Below, one piece after another: positions 18,561-27,452 of a stretch of 64,000 nt of DNA. A model generated the notes under the pieces. The model made no database searches. It saw only the letters and a list, made by a program, of their open reading frames with translations, and was not told where the DNA came from. Made by a program: the position numbers and the translations under genes. Positions within the stretch are counted from its first letter, which is position 1. Every line of letters begins with the position of its first letter. Source of the DNA: Saccharofermentanales bacterium (GTDB lineage Bacteria; Bacillota; Clostridia; Saccharofermentanales; DTU023); the NCBI GenBank assembly GCA_050951845.1, contig JBMNJV010000001.1, positions 510,179 through 574,178 of the forward strand. The letters are read 5' to 3'.

Positions 18561-18664
18561 GGTTTAACAACCAATTATAATATTTAATAAATGTTAAATT
18601 GTAGCTTGTGTCTACAAGTGCAAATGGTTTAACAACCGATTATATTATTTAATAAATCTTAAAT
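18561..18664 (+). repeat. two 39-bp direct repeats flanking a short hairpin
   Basis: ggtttaacaacc[a/g]attata...atttaataaat[g/c]ttaaat at 18561-18599 and 18626-18664. The hairpin cttgt-gtct-acaag lies between them. Confidence 0.8.
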
Positions 18665-18668
18665 AGCA

Positions 18669-18726
18669 AAGATAACGCAGCAACTTGGTGAGAGAACTCC
18701 TAAAAAGCGGCGTTATCTTTTTTTTG
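18669..18726 (+). terminator. candidate intrinsic terminator after the AIM24-family gene
   Basis: Stem gataacgc/gcgttatc with a large ~31-nt loop, followed by tttttttt. Confidence 0.5.
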
Positions 18727-18758
18727 TCTTAAACTATATCTTATTCATTCAAGTACCT

Positions 18759-19002
18759 TGCACAGAATTTAAGGTTATACCGTAAATTTGTTGAATAAAC
18801 TTAAAAAGTGTGCAAGCCTAACCTGAAAAAGAGGTTTTTCTCAGAGTTCATGCACAGAATTTAAGGTTGTACCGTAAATTTGTTGAATAAACTTAAAAAG
18901 TGTGCAAACCCAACCTGAAAAAGAGGTTTTTCTCAGAGTTCATGCACAGAATTTAAGGTTGTACCGTAAATTTGTTGAATAAACTTAAAAAGTGTGCAAG
19001 CC
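18759..19002 (+). repeat. array A: three ~60-bp imperfect-palindrome units on a 92-bp period
   Basis: Units at 18759-18818, 18851-18910 and 18943-19002. Each reads tgcacagaatttaaggtt[a/g]taccgtaaatttgttgaataaacttaaaaagtgtgcaa[g/a]cc. The 32-bp linkers are near-identical to each other. Confidence 0.9.
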
Positions 19003-19200
19003 ATAAAGATTATTTATGTAAACAATTTCCAAAACGATTCTTATTTGATTTTCATATCTATTTTCATATCTTGGGTTTAATTAAATTTACTTGTTTTTTA
19101 ATATAATTAAAGTCTTATTTAATATAATTGAAATAAAAATGAATATTGACTTTAATAAAGTTAAATTATACTATGTATATCAAGTCGAGTGGAGATTTTT

Positions 19201-19500
19201 ATGAATACCGACCGTTTTCCGATCTGGCTAACCGAATTAAGTGCAGAGGATCTAGAGTTTATTAAATTATTTGTTCTGGCTTCCGGTTCATTAAAAGAGT
19301 TGGCTAAACATTATGAGATTACCTATCCGACTATCAGGCTCAAATTAGATCGGCTTATTCAGAAAATCGAGATTTCTGACCAACATCAACCTGACAGCCT
19401 GATCGACTTGATCAAAGAGCTGACTTTGCAAAACAAATTAGATCTCGACACTGCAAAAAAATTGATCGAGATGTATGAAAAAGAGGGAAGCAGCAAATGA
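19201..19500 (+). CDS. DUF2089-like HTH protein (no zinc ribbon)
   Basis: LSAEDLEFIKLFVLASGSLKELAKHYEITYPTIRLKLDRLIQKI resembles the DUF2089 HTH core. Start refined to the ATG at 19201. Confidence 0.45.
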   Translation: MNTDRFPIWLTELSAEDLEFIKLFVLASGSLKELAKHYEITYPTIRLKLDRLIQKIEISDQHQPDSLIDLIKELTLQNKLDLDTAKKLIEMYEKEGSSK

Positions 19501-19763
19501 TAACTATTTTCTATTTGATTTTATTGATTTCTTTTTTAGTTTTAGAAAAGATTGTATCGGAAAAAGAACAATATCACGGAATATTATTTGCTTTAGGGGT
19601 TGCTGTTTTAAGTTTTATCTTCAGTACAAAATTTATTTGGCTGGCTTTGATCTTGATATGTGTCAATGTCGGAAGATTTATTATTCAGGAATTGCAGTTA
19701 ATTAAGCTCACTGCTCTGAAAGATCGGTTAGCTGATGTCTTGGAATTTCAAACCAGATTTTGA
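19497..19763 (+). CDS. small membrane protein (two or three TM segments)
   Basis: 88 aa and hydrophobic. The start overlaps the upstream stop (ATGA), suggesting translational coupling. Confidence 0.35.
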   Translation: MITIFYLILLISFLVLEKIVSEKEQYHGILFALGVAVLSFIFSTKFIWLALILICVNVGRFIIQELQLIKLTALKDRLADVLEFQTRF

Positions 19764-19930
19764 AATAAAAATTATTGCAGAATAGCTTTCATCTTTATGT
19801 AATAACGAAATATTGAATTCAAATGAGTTCAAATATTGGAGAAAATAGATAGCTGACGGAAAATCAGATGATAAACCGCCAGCTATTATTTTATTCAGAC
19901 CACTCTTTATTTCGAAAATTATCGATGTTG

Positions 19931-21880
19931 TTAATCTTTAGCGAAAGTGTCTACTTCATGTTGCAGGCGTTCGATTAACTCTGCTTCACTCATTGTTCCG
20001 AGGTCACCGGCTTTTCGTTGACGCACAGAATAGTTTTGATTTTCGATTTCCTGATCGCCCATGACTAACATATAGGGAATTTTTTCCAATTGGGCATCGC
20101 GAATTTTTCGTCCTACTTTTTCATTTCTGCTATCGACTTTTACACGGAAACCTGCGGCAGTTAAACGACTGGCAGCATCTTTGGCGCCTTGGACATGTTT
20201 TTCAGCAATAGGCAAGATTATGATTTGTTCCGGTGCAACCCATAAGGGAAGAGCTCCGGCGTATTTTTCAATTAATAGAGCAAGAGTTCTTTCATAACAA
20301 CCGATCGAGGTTCTGTGAATGATATGAGGATGTTTTTTCTCACCGTTATTATCGATGTAAACCATATCAAAACGTTCTGCCAACTGGAAGTCGATTTGGA
20401 TTGTAATAAGTGTATCTTCTTTACCGAAGACATTTCTGATTTGAATATCTAATTTCGGACCGTAAAATGCTGCTTCACCGATACCGGTTTCGTATTCGAT
20501 TCCGGTTGAATCCAAAATGGCCTGCATTGAGTCTTGGGCATTTTGCCATTCATGAGGATCCCCGATGTATTTGTCTTTATTGTCCGGATCCCAAATTGAA
20601 AAACGATAGCTGACATCTTGATCCAAACCTAATGCTTCGAGCATGAAGTTTGCCAGATCAAATGCCCCGAGAAATTCCTCTTTCAATTGATCCGGAGTCA
20701 CCATTATATGCGCCTCGGAAATTGTGAATTGTCTAAGCCTGATTAATCCGTGCATTTCTCCGGAAGATTCATTGCGGAACAGAGTTGAAGTTTCATTCAA
20801 TCGGATAGGCAAATCGCGATAACTTCTGGTTTCAGCCTTATAAATCTGATATTGGAAAGGACAGGTCATCGGACGCAGAGCATAAGCCGTTTCACCATCT
20901 TTTTCTTCCGGATCGCCCATGATAAACATACCGTCACGGTAATGATCCCAATGACCGGAAATCTTAAACAAATCGGATTTGGCAATCAGCGGTGTTTTAG
21001 TAATTTGATAACCGCGTTTTTGCTCTTCATCTTCAACGAAACGTTCTAAGATTTGCAGAGTTTTTGCACCTTTGGGCATAAACAGGGGCAAGCCCTGACC
21101 GATAAAATCAATAGTTGTAAAGTAGCCGAGTTCACGCCCTAATTTATTATGGTCACGTTTTCTGGCCTCTTCCATTTGAACCAAATACTCTTTTAATTGT
21201 TTTTTATCCGGAAAACTGATTCCATAAATACGTTGCAGCATTTTATTTTTTTCATCGCCCCGCCAATAGGCACCGGAAACTTGCAGTAACTTGAAAGCTT
21301 TGACCATACCGGTATTCATTATGTGCGGACCGGCACATAAATCAATAAAATCACCTTGCTTATAAAATGAAATTGTTTCATCAAGCGGTAAATCTTCGAT
21401 CAATTCGACTTTATAGTCTTCATTAATATTTTTTGCCCATTGTAAAGCATCGTCACGTGACAGAGTATAAAATTCAAGCGGCAGATTTTCCTTTACGATA
21501 TTCTGCATTTCTTTTTCAATTTTTTCTAAATCATCATTCGTGAAATTTTGTTCCAAATCAATATCATAATAAAAACCGTTTTCAATTGCCGGACCGATCG
21601 CCAACATCGCATCAGGATATAAACGCTTAATCGCTTGCGCCATGATATGTGAAGTTGTATGCCAAAAAGCCTTTTTGCCTGCTTTTTGCTCAAATTTCAA
21701 TAATTCCAATGTGTCACCGTCATTGAGTATTGTTCTGAGATCAACATCAACCCCGTTAACTTTTGCCAGACAGACATTTCTTGCAAGATTTTCACTGATA
21801 GCCGTCGCCGCATCGAATGCAGAAGCATTCTTTTCCAATTGTAACTGCGAACCATCTTTTAATTTAATTTCTATACTCAT
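19931..21880 (-). CDS. thrS: threonine--tRNA ligase
   Basis: 649 aa with an N-terminal TGS domain, the editing-domain HTTSH motif, class II core motifs (FRNESSGEMHGLIRLRQFT) and an anticodon-binding domain. Confidence 0.92.
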   Translation of the reverse strand: MSIEIKLKDGSQLQLEKNASAFDAATAISENLARNVCLAKVNGVDVDLRTILNDGDTLELLKFEQKAGKKAFWHTTSHIMAQAIKRLYPDAMLAIGPAIENGFYYDIDLEQNFTNDDLEKIEKEMQNIVKENLPLEFYTLSRDDALQWAKNINEDYKVELIEDLPLDETISFYKQGDFIDLCAGPHIMNTGMVKAFKLLQVSGAYWRGDEKNKMLQRIYGISFPDKKQLKEYLVQMEEARKRDHNKLGRELGYFTTIDFIGQGLPLFMPKGAKTLQILERFVEDEEQKRGYQITKTPLIAKSDLFKISGHWDHYRDGMFIMGDPEEKDGETAYALRPMTCPFQYQIYKAETRSYRDLPIRLNETSTLFRNESSGEMHGLIRLRQFTISEAHIMVTPDQLKEEFLGAFDLANFMLEALGLDQDVSYRFSIWDPDNKDKYIGDPHEWQNAQDSMQAILDSTGIEYETGIGEAAFYGPKLDIQIRNVFGKEDTLITIQIDFQLAERFDMVYIDNNGEKKHPHIIHRTSIGCYERTLALLIEKYAGALPLWVAPEQIIILPIAEKHVQGAKDAASRLTAAGFRVKVDSRNEKVGRKIRDAQLEKIPYMLVMGDQEIENQNYSVRQRKAGDLGTMSEAELIERLQHEVDTFAKD

Positions 21881-22077
21881 TTCTTTCTCCTGTTATCTGA
21901 ACTTGTTATGTTAATTTTTTATTACCCAAATTATTCCTTTTTTACTACTCAAACAATTTCTTTTTTATAACCCGAATTATTTCTAACATTATTATCTTAA
22001 CTTATTTACTCTATAACTTATTATTCTCAAAATCATCCGAATAAAAATTTTATTCCCGAGATGTATTATCTTAAAAT

Positions 22078-22312
22078 AAAAAACACCGTTGAGCCTCGCC
22101 CAAGGGTGCATCACACGTTTCCACCTTGTATTTAACTTAATTCTATCCTTGACGCAGATTCACGGTACTACTTAGTCTTAGTAACAAGAGTTCGTAGACG
22201 GCTCCGGAGTGGTTTTCATTGAGGATCAGATAAAAAGACTTACAGCCACGATCTTTTCTCTCTTAAACTGAATTTCCCAATTACTCGTTCCATCAATGCC
22301 TTTATTTAACTG
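22078..22312 (-). promoter_or_regulatory. T-box leader (Thr specifier ACC) of thrS
   Basis: The minus strand carries an AGAGAG element and a specifier-loop-like gaaaACCActccgg (ACC at 22213-22211). The T-box-like sequence ggtggaaacgtgtga lies at 22125-22111. A terminator hairpin cacccttgggc-gag-gctcaacggtg is followed by tttttt. Confidence 0.7.
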
Positions 22313-22318
22313 AATAAT

Positions 22319-22347
22319 ATCTTACAACTGCGTAAATTTATCGTCAA
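22319..22347 (-). promoter_or_regulatory. candidate sigma-A promoter of the thrS leader
   Basis: Minus strand ttgacg-17 nt-taagat, immediately upstream of the T-box leader. Confidence 0.45.
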
Positions 22348-22383
22348 GTAAAAACATATTGCAATTGGAAAATTCTGAAAAAA

Positions 22384-22625
22384 GCTTGCACACTTTTTAA
22401 GCTTATTCAGCAATCTGTCGGTACAACCTTAAATTCTGTGCTGATTCTTCAATAAAGCCTTGCTTTTGTGCGGTGCTTGCACACTTTTTAAGCTTATTCA
22501 GCAATCTGTCGGTACAACCTTAAATTCTGTGCCGATTCTTCCAATAAAGCTTCGTTTTTGTGTGGTGCATGCACACTTTTTAAGCTTATTCAGCAATCCG
22601 CCGGTACAACCTTAAATTCTGTGCA
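22384..22625 (-). repeat. array B: three ~58-bp units of the same palindrome family on a 91-92-bp period, inverted relative to array A
   Basis: Units at 22384-22441, 22475-22532 and 22567-22625. The reverse complement reads (t)gcacagaatttaaggttgtaccgacagattgctgaataagcttaaaaagtgtgcaagc. Confidence 0.9.
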
Positions 22626-22913
22626 GATTATAAAATTAATTTGTATAATAGAAAATCATAAATAACGATCTACTTTAAGGAAACGATTCTGATAAAACTC
22701 GTTTAACAAAATATTACGATGGTGTTTATCACTATTTGAAATCAATTGGTCTAAGCGAAATATAGATTATGGCGAACGTTTAATTTAAAAGAAAATGGAT
22801 ATAAGAGAAAGTGTGTTTCGCTTGTAAATTCCAAAACATGAAATAAGCGCACTTTTTGACTGAACGCTCTGAACCCGCAGGCACGTAATTTTTGGCACAT
22901 CTATCGTTCTATC

Positions 22914-23573
22914 TTACGATTTCGGAGGTTTGATTTTGAATTTCGGTAAGCTCAATTTGAACTTTGCAGAAACAAACCTGATCAGAACTATTGCTGCTGC
23001 CGAAATCATCATGGCAACATTGCCGGCAAGATATTGGCGTAATACGAAATAAATTAAGGCACCGATGATTGAGGCTAATCCATAGACATGTTTTGTAAAA
23101 ATGTAAGGTTTTTTTGTGGTAAAGATATCGCGCAGAACACCGCCGCCACATCCTGTTAAAAAACCGACAAATACAATTAAGAGTAGATTATCACTATGTC
23201 CTGAGTTAATTGCCACATTAGCACCTGTCATAGTAAAAGCTCCTAAACCGATTGCATCGGAGATGTTGAACAGAGTTTTTAAATGTGAAGTAATCACTTC
23301 CGGAATAGGTCTGAAATGATTCCAAATCTTGATTCCGATTAGAAAAATAATAATCGTAATAAAAGCTACCGTAACATAAATCGGTTGACGAAATGCATTT
23401 GGCGGAACGACACCTAATGTGACATCGCGCATAATTCCTCCGCCGACAGCTGTAGTGATGCCTAGCATAGTGATACCTAAAAGATCCATGTTGCTGTCAA
23501 TTGCCGCCACAGCACCGGAAATTGAAAAGGCGATTGTGCCAAGCATCTCTAATATGAAAAAAGTTAACTCCAT
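22914..23573 (-). CDS. TRIC/UPF0126-family membrane protein (YadS/YicG-like)
   Basis: 219 aa with two UPF0126 repeats (GTIAFSISGAVAAI... and GLGAFTMTGANVAI...). Confidence 0.7.
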   Translation of the reverse strand: MELTFFILEMLGTIAFSISGAVAAIDSNMDLLGITMLGITTAVGGGIMRDVTLGVVPPNAFRQPIYVTVAFITIIIFLIGIKIWNHFRPIPEVITSHLKTLFNISDAIGLGAFTMTGANVAINSGHSDNLLLIVFVGFLTGCGGGVLRDIFTTKKPYIFTKHVYGLASIIGALIYFVLRQYLAGNVAMMISAAAIVLIRFVSAKFKLSLPKFKIKPPKS

Positions 23574-23740
23574 GAAACCTCCAATTCGTGAAAAATGACA
23601 TAATCATTGATAATATGACCATATTTTCATTGCCCAAAGGATAGCCCTTTTAACTATAACTGTAAAGATTCATTTATTTCGCGATTTTATATTACAATAA
23701 TCTAAGATAATGATAATATGTTCGCCAAGGAGGTTGCATT

Positions 23741-24940
23741 ATGTTAAAGAATAAATTATTTGAAATGTTGGATTTTAAAAAAGCAGATATGTTGAGAGAT
23801 CGTCGTTGGTTACACCGACATCCCGAACTATCTTATGAAGAAGAAAAAACAAGTAATTACATTCTGCAACATTATGCCGGAAAAGATGTCAAGGTTGAGT
23901 CCAATATTGGAGGCTACGGTATTAAAGTAACGATAGATTCGGGGAAACCGGGTAAGACGCTTGCTTTGCGGGCAGACTTTGATGCATTGCCGTTAGAAGA
24001 ACAAACCGGACTTCCTTTCGCTTCCGAAAATCCCGGTGTAATGCATGCCTGCGGACATGATGCACATACTGCCTACATGATGGCAATGACAGATTGTCTG
24101 ATTGAATTAAAAGACGAATTGGTCGGAAAGATTGTTATAATTCACCAACCGGCAGAGGAAATGCCTCCCGGCGGAGCATTGATGATGATCAGAGACGGTG
24201 TACTCGAAGGTGTGGATAATGTTGTCGGTTGTCATGTTATGAGTCAGATGGATTGCGGAAATGTTTATTACCATGTCGGACCAACCCAGCAGTCAAGAGC
24301 AAAATTCACGATCAGAGTTCAAGGCAAAGGCGGGCACGGTTCTTCGCCGCATGAAGCCAACGATTCGATTGTCATAGCAAGTCAATTGGTTGTCAATCTT
24401 CAGACGATTATCAGTCGTCGTCTTAATCCTTTTGAACCAGGTGTGATTACGATCGGTTCCTTTGACGGAAAAGGTCAGTTTAATATAATCAAAGATTCGG
24501 TTGAACTGATTGGCGATGTGCGTTGTATGTCGGATCAGACAAAGCAATTGTTTGAATCGGAAATCAGAAATATCTGTCGCGGATTCGAAATTGCTTATTC
24601 ATGCAAAATTGATCTCGACTACAAAAATGACTATCCTGTACTGGTCAATGATGAAAAAATGACAATGTTCGTTGTAGATGCGATAGAATCTGCAAATATT
24701 GAAGGGATGAATGATGTGCTGGATTGTGGTCCGTTACCGTCATCGGAAGATTTTGCATATTATACGGAAATAGTGCCAAGCTGTTTCTTTTTTATCGGAG
24801 CAAAACCGCAAGGAGAAAGCTACCCTCATCATCATCCAAAATTCGATATTGATGAAAAATCAATGTTGTATGCTGCAAAAGCGATGGCGGCAGTAGTAGA
24901 TAAATATATGGAAGAACAAAAACAAATAATTACGTTTTAA
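23741..24940 (+). CDS. M20-family amidohydrolase (N-acyl-L-amino acid amidohydrolase type)
   Basis: MHACGHDAHTA, HQPAEE and GGHGSSPH motifs. Confidence 0.75.
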   Translation: MLKNKLFEMLDFKKADMLRDRRWLHRHPELSYEEEKTSNYILQHYAGKDVKVESNIGGYGIKVTIDSGKPGKTLALRADFDALPLEEQTGLPFASENPGVMHACGHDAHTAYMMAMTDCLIELKDELVGKIVIIHQPAEEMPPGGALMMIRDGVLEGVDNVVGCHVMSQMDCGNVYYHVGPTQQSRAKFTIRVQGKGGHGSSPHEANDSIVIASQLVVNLQTIISRRLNPFEPGVITIGSFDGKGQFNIIKDSVELIGDVRCMSDQTKQLFESEIRNICRGFEIAYSCKIDLDYKNDYPVLVNDEKMTMFVVDAIESANIEGMNDVLDCGPLPSSEDFAYYTEIVPSCFFFIGAKPQGESYPHHHPKFDIDEKSMLYAAKAMAAVVDKYMEEQKQIITF

Positions 24941-25038
24941 GAGAAATATCGTATTCAATTAATTACGTGTTCAACAAATTTAGAGAAATATTGTGTTTAA
25001 CAAATATTAATGATTAGAAATTAGAGTTAAGGGAAAAA

Positions 25039-25950
25039 ATGGAAACAAATAACGCTCAACAATTGAATGTCAATGATAAAACAAAACATCCGCTTGCAGA
25101 TTGGTTTATTCGGCTATTAAAAGGATTTATGATCGGTTTTGGGGCGATTGTACCCGGTTTGTCAGGTGGTGTACTCTCGGTAATCTTGGGTATATATGAT
25201 CGCATGATGAGCTTTTTGGGTAATATTCGTAAAGACTTTTTGAAAAATGTCAGATTTTTCTTTCCGATCGGTATTGGCGGAATTCTCGGAATTGTATTTT
25301 TTGCCGGGATTATTGAAGCGGCTTTCGGGACCTATGCAGCATTGTTTACCGCATTGTTCATCGGTTTTGTTGCCGGAACATTTCCTTCTGTTTTTCGCAC
25401 AGCCGGCAAACAGGGCAGAGCAGGTTCTGATTGGCTGACACTCATTATAGCAGCTACATTTGTCTTTGCTTTGATGATGCTGGGTGAACAAAACTTTACT
25501 CAAATTGAACCGAATCTCATTTCTTGGCTCTTGTCCGGTGCAGTCGTCGCTCTGGGATTTATTGTTCCGGGACTTAGTCCGTCTAACTTTTTGATCTATT
25601 TCGGCTTATATGACAAAATGGCATCAGGTATTAAAAACTTTGATTTTATGATGTTGATTCCATTTATAATCGGAGCTGTGCTCAGCATAATTCTGTTTGC
25701 AAAATTTGTGAATTTCCTTTTCGCAAAACACTATAGCAAGATGTATCATATTATTCTCGGTTTAATCATTGGTTCGACACTGGGAATTTTCCCGACAGTC
25801 ATTTTTCCGGCCTTCACCGCAGAAAATTTAACGGCAATGAAAATGTCATTTGTGATTGCGGTAACGGTTAGTCTTGTAATGTTTGTTATCGGAATTATCA
25901 TATCCTACTTTTTCGGCAAGCTGGAAGAAAAATACAGCCCGGAAGATTAG
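25039..25950 (+). CDS. DUF368-family membrane protein
   Basis: GFGAIVPGLSGGVLSVILGIYD and a second VPGLSPSNFLIYFGLYD repeat are characteristic of DUF368. Confidence 0.7.
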   Translation: METNNAQQLNVNDKTKHPLADWFIRLLKGFMIGFGAIVPGLSGGVLSVILGIYDRMMSFLGNIRKDFLKNVRFFFPIGIGGILGIVFFAGIIEAAFGTYAALFTALFIGFVAGTFPSVFRTAGKQGRAGSDWLTLIIAATFVFALMMLGEQNFTQIEPNLISWLLSGAVVALGFIVPGLSPSNFLIYFGLYDKMASGIKNFDFMMLIPFIIGAVLSIILFAKFVNFLFAKHYSKMYHIILGLIIGSTLGIFPTVIFPAFTAENLTAMKMSFVIAVTVSLVMFVIGIIISYFFGKLEEKYSPED

Positions 25951-25952
25951 AG

Positions 25953-27386
25953 CTACTCTTTCGGTGCAAATGTGCCGGGAGGATATGAAGGATTAACATT
26001 CCAGAGAATCCATTCATCGAATCCCGAATCATAGACGGCTTCCATTTGTTTGCGAATTTCCGGTGCATTATATTCCATCCAATATCCGGAAGGTAAGTAA
26101 CTGGCGGTAAAAGCTTGCAAATACGGTCTGACATGGGCATAGTTTGTCTGATTAATTGCTTCCCGACCGTCGATGATTGCATCGGTTACCACACCGTAAG
26201 GTTCTAAATCAGGTGCCGTATAGCGATTACCGCCTAAATCGGTGCCGACTCCGTTCGCCATACTATAGCCTACCGGTGCACCATTAGCATAATGTGACGG
26301 GTAGATCATCGGACAAATATTGTTGATTCCGGTTAGACCTATACTGGTCCAGTCCTGACCGATTGCATGCCCGTCTAAATCACTGGTCATAACGATAGAA
26401 AAAAGGTCTGCACCAACCGGTACATTGTCTTTGTTCTGAATTTGAATTGCCGCAGTTTGCAGAAAACGATTGATTGCACTATATTTTTTAGGTACAGCAT
26501 CAGGCTCACCGTAATAAGCAGCTGAACCGTCTAATGAACCACCTGCCGGAAATCGAATATAATCAAATTGAATTTCGTCGACTCCTAAGTCAATAACTTC
26601 TTCCGCAACATCGATTAAATATTGCCAGACTTCTTTATTATAGGGGTTAGCCCATGTTGCATTGCCCTCGTGGGGAAATTGGATCGGTGTTCCGGCTTCG
26701 TTCAGGATGCATAAATCCGGTCTGACCTTGGCAAAAGTTTCATCCTTAAAACAAACAATCCGTGCGATTACTCGAATTCCGTTAGCATGACATTTCTCGG
26801 TTATTCCTTTAATATCGCGCTGCGTAATAATACAATCTAATTCTTGGACTAATGGGATTTTACTGTCATATAAAACTCCGTAGCTTTCTTTGACATCGAT
26901 TACAAATGCATTAACTTCAGTTCCTTTAACTTCTTCCAAAAGTGAATCCAGATATTGTATGTCATAAATATAAACACCGCGGATCTTTTGATGTTTAAAA
27001 TTAGCTTCATGCTCGTACTCCGGCAGAGGACCGAAGTATTCCTCAACTTTTTCATTTTCTTCCGGATCAAAATCTTCAGTTACTTCGTGGACAACGCCTT
27101 GTTTGTCGATATAGGTTGGCAGAGTAGTTTCATAAATGAATGCATAGGGGTCGGTTTTTTCTGTAGTTGTTTCTTTGGTAACCTGTGTAGTGGACGTAGA
27201 TTCAGCCTTTTTAACGCTTTTTTCCGATTCGGATTTTTGCTGCTGATAATAAAAAAACACAAAACCGATCAATAAGAGAACAATAATTATAGATAAAATA
27301 ATGATTGTTTTCTTCTGCTTGTCTTTTTTACTGCGATCCAATTTGATCAGAATCGGTTGTGGCTTTTTATTTTGCTCATTATCCAT
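25953..27386 (-). CDS. membrane-anchored putative glycoside hydrolase (COG1306/DUF4015-like)
   Basis: N-terminal TM anchor followed by a TIM-barrel-like region with ..VIDVKESYG.., GIRVIARIVCFKD and VDEIQFDYIRFP. Confidence 0.5.
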   Translation of the reverse strand: MDNEQNKKPQPILIKLDRSKKDKQKKTIIILSIIIVLLLIGFVFFYYQQQKSESEKSVKKAESTSTTQVTKETTTEKTDPYAFIYETTLPTYIDKQGVVHEVTEDFDPEENEKVEEYFGPLPEYEHEANFKHQKIRGVYIYDIQYLDSLLEEVKGTEVNAFVIDVKESYGVLYDSKIPLVQELDCIITQRDIKGITEKCHANGIRVIARIVCFKDETFAKVRPDLCILNEAGTPIQFPHEGNATWANPYNKEVWQYLIDVAEEVIDLGVDEIQFDYIRFPAGGSLDGSAAYYGEPDAVPKKYSAINRFLQTAAIQIQNKDNVPVGADLFSIVMTSDLDGHAIGQDWTSIGLTGINNICPMIYPSHYANGAPVGYSMANGVGTDLGGNRYTAPDLEPYGVVTDAIIDGREAINQTNYAHVRPYLQAFTASYLPSGYWMEYNAPEIRKQMEAVYDSGFDEWILWNVNPSYPPGTFAPKE

Positions 27387-27452
27387 AAAACAGGTTTACC
27401 ATTTTTGTTGTAAATGATCCTTATTGTTATAAATTAATCTTTATGTTGTAAA

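Noticed and set aside
18759-19002. Possible CRISPR array. The regularly spaced repeats here also occur at 22384-22625 and 40404-40670.
   Set aside because: The repeat units are ~59 bp, far longer than CRISPR repeats. The ~32-bp 'spacers' within an array are near-identical to each other. There are only three units per locus, and no cas genes or leader are present. These are tandem repeats, not CRISPR.
25898-27275. ORFs 25898-26182 (-), 26955-27275 (+) and 27080-27262 (-) overlapping the DUF368 gene and the glycoside-hydrolase-like gene.
   Set aside because: They overlap longer ORFs that have family-specific motifs, and they have no SD or motif of their own.
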